Made by a program: the position numbers and the translations under genes. From Candidatus Ratteibacteria bacterium (GTDB taxonomy: Bacteria; Ratteibacteria; UBA8468; B48-G9; JAFGKM01), in the NCBI GenBank assembly GCA_046296715.1, contig JBKBIN010000015.1:1-30664 (forward strand): a stretch of DNA of 30,664 nt, given 5' to 3'. The notes below the pieces were generated by a model. That model made no database searches. It had not been told where the DNA came from and saw nothing but the letters and a program-made list of their open reading frames with translations. This document shows, one piece after another, positions 26,771 to 30,664 of the stretch. Each line of letters opens with the position of its first letter. Positions within the stretch are counted from its first letter, which is position 1.

Positions 26771-28996
26771 ATGACAACTTATCTTGATTATTTAAAATTG
26801 CTTAAAAATTGGACAAAATCATACAAAAACTTTTTATATTCTCCAAAAGGAAGAAATGATCTCTCATTCTATGGCACTGGATATAGTGATAACTGGTCAG
26901 TCCAGACAAATTTAAAAGCATTTGGAACAATAGCAGTCCTTTCATTTTTACTAAGGTCAAAAAAATTACAAGAACAAGCGATAAAATTACTCCGTTTTTC
27001 TCTTCAGACACATATTGAAGGAGAATTAAATTGTACAGATGGAAAAAAATGGGGACACTCATGGATAAGTGTTTTGGGATTGGAAAGAGCAATGCATGGT
27101 CTTGAAGCAATTAAGGAATATTTAACTGAAAATGATCTAATTTTATTAAAAAAAGTTATGATTTCAGAAAGTGACTGGCTTGTTGACCAATATTATAGAA
27201 GTTGTCCAGAAGAAAAAGGTAAAGTTAAAGCAGGACTTGTAGAAAATAATGACCCTGAAAGTAATATTTGGAATGGCTCCTTTCTTTTAAGAACTACTTT
27301 AATGTATCCTGATCTAAAAAGAAAAGATGAATATATAGATAAAGCAATTCAATTTATAGTTAATGGGCTTTCAATTCCCTCTGACAAATTTTCAGAAGAA
27401 AAAATAAATAATAAAAAGATTAAAGAATGGTTTGTTGGGCCAAACTTTTTTGATAGTTTTGCTTTAAATCATCATAAATACTTAAACATCGGGTATATGG
27501 TAATTTGTCTGTCAAATTTGGCAATTTTACATTTTACATATAGATTGAAAAACATAAACCCACCTGAATTTATTTACAGAAATGTAAAAAAACTTTGGAA
27601 GGTTTTAAAGAATTTTATCATGCCAGATGGTAGATTATTAAGAATTGGGGGTGATACAAGAATTAGATATTGTTACTGTCAGGATTATATTATTCCTACA
27701 CTTCTTTTTATTTTGGACTATCTTGGAGATAAGGATTGTTTGGAATTTGAAAAGGGTTGGTTAGAAATAGTTAAAAAAGAGATGGATTATAATAATGATG
27801 GCTCCTTTCTCTCAAAAAGATTGCAAGGTTTGTTATTAGTTTCTCCATTATACTATATACGTCTTGAAACAGATAGAGCAGTTACTTTATCAATGGGTGC
27901 TTACTGGAGAAATTTATTAAAAATTGGTCTAAAACAAAGGAAGATTTTAACAAAAAATTTCTGGTATGACAATTATCATGGTGCTATTTTTATTAAAGGT
28001 AAAAAAAGGATAAACTCTTTTTGTTGGTTATCTGCTCAACCGCCTCAGGGATTGTGTTTACCTAAGGACAAAAGTAATATAGTTGAATGGAAAAACAATC
28101 TTTCTGGAATTATTATAGGAACTGGCAGAAATAATTACCATAAAATTTTGGACCATAAGGAATATATCTTTGAAGGAGGTTTTGCCACAACTGGAAAAAC
28201 ACAAATAATAACTGAAAACTTTATTGAAGAAGGAAGAAGCCAAGAAATCTTAAGTGAAAACATAATTTTTTTTATTTGTTTACCAGATGATACAACAACA
28301 CTTGTTATTCAAAGATTTATATCAAAGAAATTCGGATATATTAGAGAAGTAAAAGGTCTACTTTTCAATCTTCCAAATGATATCTTTAACGACTGCATTC
28401 GTTATATATATTCTGATGAGAAAAAAATAAAACTAAAAAAAGAAAGAAATAGACAGGAAGTAGTAAAAATAAAATCTAATTGGATAAATATAGATAATTG
28501 TATTGGAATAGTTGGAATTTATGGTTCAGACAGTTTCTATATTAAAAGACCATCTATTGGACAAGCAGGTTTAAATCTTTCACAATATGAAAGTCAAGTA
28601 ATAGATTCAGGACTTTATATTGAAGAAATCTGTTATCCTTACAAAAGTGGACTTATTCCAATCAAAGAAGATGAAAAACTCATTGATATTGCCTGTCTTT
28701 TATATACAGGAATAACAGCAGAAAAAACATATGAAAAAGCAAAAGAATCTAAAATCTCAATAAAAACAAACTCAGAAGAAATAAAGACAATTTTAATAAA
28801 GGGAGAAGATAATTTTTTTTACTTAATAGCAATAAATTTTAGTTCTGAAGAAACCTTATTAACAGTCAAACTAAATAAACCTGTATCAAATATCAAACCT
28901 CTAATTGAAAAGGACAAAACGATAAAAACTAAAATTCATACTCTTTACATTCCATTAAAAGAAAGGGAATTTAACCTTTTTAAATTAAAAATCTAA
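26771..28996 (+). CDS. Hypothetical protein, 741 aa
   Basis: Long intact ORF with no signal peptide or TM run. The N-terminal half looks helical and is rich in W/Y/H/N; the C-terminal half looks beta-rich. Confidence 0.85.
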   Translation: MTTYLDYLKLLKNWTKSYKNFLYSPKGRNDLSFYGTGYSDNWSVQTNLKAFGTIAVLSFLLRSKKLQEQAIKLLRFSLQTHIEGELNCTDGKKWGHSWISVLGLERAMHGLEAIKEYLTENDLILLKKVMISESDWLVDQYYRSCPEEKGKVKAGLVENNDPESNIWNGSFLLRTTLMYPDLKRKDEYIDKAIQFIVNGLSIPSDKFSEEKINNKKIKEWFVGPNFFDSFALNHHKYLNIGYMVICLSNLAILHFTYRLKNINPPEFIYRNVKKLWKVLKNFIMPDGRLLRIGGDTRIRYCYCQDYIIPTLLFILDYLGDKDCLEFEKGWLEIVKKEMDYNNDGSFLSKRLQGLLLVSPLYYIRLETDRAVTLSMGAYWRNLLKIGLKQRKILTKNFWYDNYHGAIFIKGKKRINSFCWLSAQPPQGLCLPKDKSNIVEWKNNLSGIIIGTGRNNYHKILDHKEYIFEGGFATTGKTQIITENFIEEGRSQEILSENIIFFICLPDDTTTLVIQRFISKKFGYIREVKGLLFNLPNDIFNDCIRYIYSDEKKIKLKKERNRQEVVKIKSNWINIDNCIGIVGIYGSDSFYIKRPSIGQAGLNLSQYESQVIDSGLYIEEICYPYKSGLIPIKEDEKLIDIACLLYTGITAEKTYEKAKESKISIKTNSEEIKTILIKGEDNFFYLIAINFSSEETLLTVKLNKPVSNIKPLIEKDKTIKTKIHTLYIPLKEREFNLFKLKI

Positions 28997-29044
28997 TTTT
29001 TTTCACTGACACTTTTTAAAACTTCTTCTTAAAATACTTTAACT

Positions 29045-29959
29045 TTATACTATCACATATTTCCCAAGACCAAAAGAAGTATTTTTACCAATATGAATAA
29101 TCTCACCAATTTTTATAAATGGAAGAAATTTTTTTAGGTCTCCTTTATATGTAATAGTTCCTGTAAATCCACCAAGTTTCATAAATTGTTTTTGCCTTAA
29201 AGAAAATCTTTGCCAGTCATACCACTTTAGATTTGAGTTAAGAGTAAGTATTGAATTTGCATCTTTAAGAAGTTGTTCATAGTTCTCAATAATTTTATTT
29301 TGGTCACAATAATATCTGGATAAAAGAGAGATTCTTCTTAAAAGTGTCTTTATAAATAAAGAAAAGGGTAGGGTGGTTATAAGTTTGCCTTTTATTTTAA
29401 TTCTAACTGGTGAGATAAATTTTAAAGTTATTGTATCATATTTTAATTTTGGTGTATTAAGTTTAATCTCTTTTTTGAATTCTTTTAAGATGTCTGTTTG
29501 TGAATCATAGATAATCCTATTTGAACTTTTTATCTTTATTAATTTGAACTTTCCTCTTTTTCCTTTTATACCTATTCCTCTTTGACCAATTTCTTTAAAT
29601 ACAAGGACAAAATAAGGGAAATAATCTATCGCCTTTCCAATTATTATACAGGAAAACTCAAATATATCTCCCTTTTTATAATCAGTTTTCGTGTCATATG
29701 GTGGTTCAAGTATAAAAGGACAAGGTATATCAATTGCTTTATTTTTTTTAGAAATATTTGGTTCAAAAAGAATTTTGTAAACACAATTTGAAGAAATTAA
29801 ACAAATTTCACAATTAGGAAGTTTCTTATTTAGACAAACAATATCTTTAAAAGTTAACCCAAAAGCACCTCTTAATGTGGCACCTTTATATTCTGGAAAT
29901 ACTGCTGATTCAATAAATTTAGTAATAACTTGAAATTTGTAAACATCAAGAAATTTCAT
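29045..29959 (-). CDS. cas6: CRISPR pre-crRNA processing endoribonuclease Cas6 (RAMP)
   Basis: C-terminal G-rich loop GEIIHIGKNTSFGLGKY, plus GATLRGAFG, a Cys cluster, P.PFILEPP, F.SPVRIK and W.R.S.RQ...MKLGGF.G. Start set at ATG 29959 from the promoter position. Confidence 0.9.
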   Translation of the reverse strand: MKFLDVYKFQVITKFIESAVFPEYKGATLRGAFGLTFKDIVCLNKKLPNCEICLISSNCVYKILFEPNISKKNKAIDIPCPFILEPPYDTKTDYKKGDIFEFSCIIIGKAIDYFPYFVLVFKEIGQRGIGIKGKRGKFKLIKIKSSNRIIYDSQTDILKEFKKEIKLNTPKLKYDTITLKFISPVRIKIKGKLITTLPFSLFIKTLLRRISLLSRYYCDQNKIIENYEQLLKDANSILTLNSNLKWYDWQRFSLRQKQFMKLGGFTGTITYKGDLKKFLPFIKIGEIIHIGKNTSFGLGKYVIV

Positions 29960-29966
29960 TAATTTT

Positions 29967-29995
29967 ATTATATCATATGAAACACTAAAAAACAA
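29967..29995 (-). promoter_or_regulatory. Sigma70-type promoter of cas6, probably leaderless
   Basis: TTGTTT (29995-29990), a 17-nt spacer ending in TGA, then TATAAT (29972-29967), followed by 7 nt and ATG 29959. Confidence 0.65.
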
Positions 29996-30134
29996 GTTGT
30001 TTTAATTTTCCATTTAAATTCACTTTTCTCATTTTGCCTTTAACCATTTGACCAATTACTCAATTAGTTAACATATATTGGAGCAGGTCACAATCTTCTA
30101 TTTAGCGGATCTACTTTTCCGACATTTACCATAA

Positions 30135-30662
30135 TTAACCACCATTTAAAAGCCACTTCCATAAAGGAATATATTTAATGATTTTGCCATTTATTTTCTC
30201 CTGATTTTCATAATCATCAGTTATAACAATCCCTTCTTTCAAATCAAATTTTTCAATAGCATCAATCAGTGGCTTTAATTCTCTTCTTTTCACATCAAAC
30301 TCATTTATATTCCAGCAACATTGTATCAATTCTCTCACTTTTAATCCTTCTTTTATAACAAAATCTACTTCTTTATTGTTGTGGTGAAAATAGTAAATTT
30401 CTAAATTGGGATTAAGATTTTGCCTTTTCTTTAACTCTATGCCTACTAAATTTTCAATCAATCTGCCAAAGTTTGCACTGAATCTAAACCCAATTGAATT
30501 TGCAATACCTATATCTATTGCATACAATTTTCTTGCAGATTTCTCTTGTTCTTTGAATGAATATGAAAACTTTTTTATAAAAAAAATGAGATTTGCTTCT
30601 TCAAGATATGAAGTAAATTTTTCTACTGTTATAGTTGAGGTTTTTAAAAATTTACCTATTGA
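30135..30662 (-). CDS. AAA+ ATPase with C-terminal DUF4143 domain, C-terminal part (5' end outside window)
   Basis: The frame is open to the window edge and reads TVEKFTSYLEEANLIF...SARKLYAIDIG...GRLIENLV...KEVDFVIK...IQCC...RELKPL...IPLWKWLL. Confidence 0.88.
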   Translation of the reverse strand, partial: SIGKFLKTSTITVEKFTSYLEEANLIFFIKKFSYSFKEQEKSARKLYAIDIGIANSIGFRFSANFGRLIENLVGIELKKRQNLNPNLEIYYFHHNNKEVDFVIKEGLKVRELIQCCWNINEFDVKRRELKPLIDAIEKFDLKEGIVITDDYENQEKINGKIIKYIPLWKWLLNGG

Positions 30663-30664
30663 AT

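Noticed and set aside
1437..29791. Short antisense or out-of-frame ORFs (e.g. 1437-1631, 12360-12632, 21923-22297, 22946-23299, 24385-24744, 26802-27110, 29582-29791)
   Set aside because: All lie within well-supported genes and show F/S/L/I-biased shadow composition with no recognisable motifs.
28997..30134. CRISPR array beside cas6
   Set aside because: The gaps (48 bp and about 175 bp) contain no regularly spaced direct repeats.
30135..30664. DUF4143 ATPase as a cas gene or defined defence system
   Set aside because: Only the C-terminal part is visible and the family is widespread outside CRISPR loci; adjacency alone is not enough evidence.

Overview
A very AT-rich, densely packed bacterial chromosomal segment with about 28 CDSs and one probable gene remnant; I saw no rRNA, tRNA, transposase or CRISPR array. 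(1) 1-13.1 kb is a cell-envelope glycosylation locus. It holds a 5'-truncated AsnB-type amidotransferase, an exported HEAT-repeat protein, a GT4, four multi-TM GT-C (ArnT/PMT-like) transferases, two polyprenol-phosphate GT2s, two SAM methyltransferases and a polysaccharide deacetylase. An inverted two-gene block (URO-D-fold protein + GT-C) interrupts it. That block abuts a truncated ORF and carries an apparent +1 frameshift in an A8 run straight after a likely start codon. (2) 13.1-15.4 kb is iorAB. (3) 15.5-26.7 kb is one tightly coupled run of housekeeping genes taken out of their usual operons: LonC-like protease, yajC, divergent larC, DUF503, valS, rplU, hflX, DHH/NrnA, truB and a phosphohexomutase. 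(4) The window ends with a 741-aa hypothetical protein, a stand-alone cas6 with its own near-consensus, probably leaderless promoter, and the 3' end of a DUF4143 ATPase gene. All family calls come from motif recognition by eye; no searches were run.
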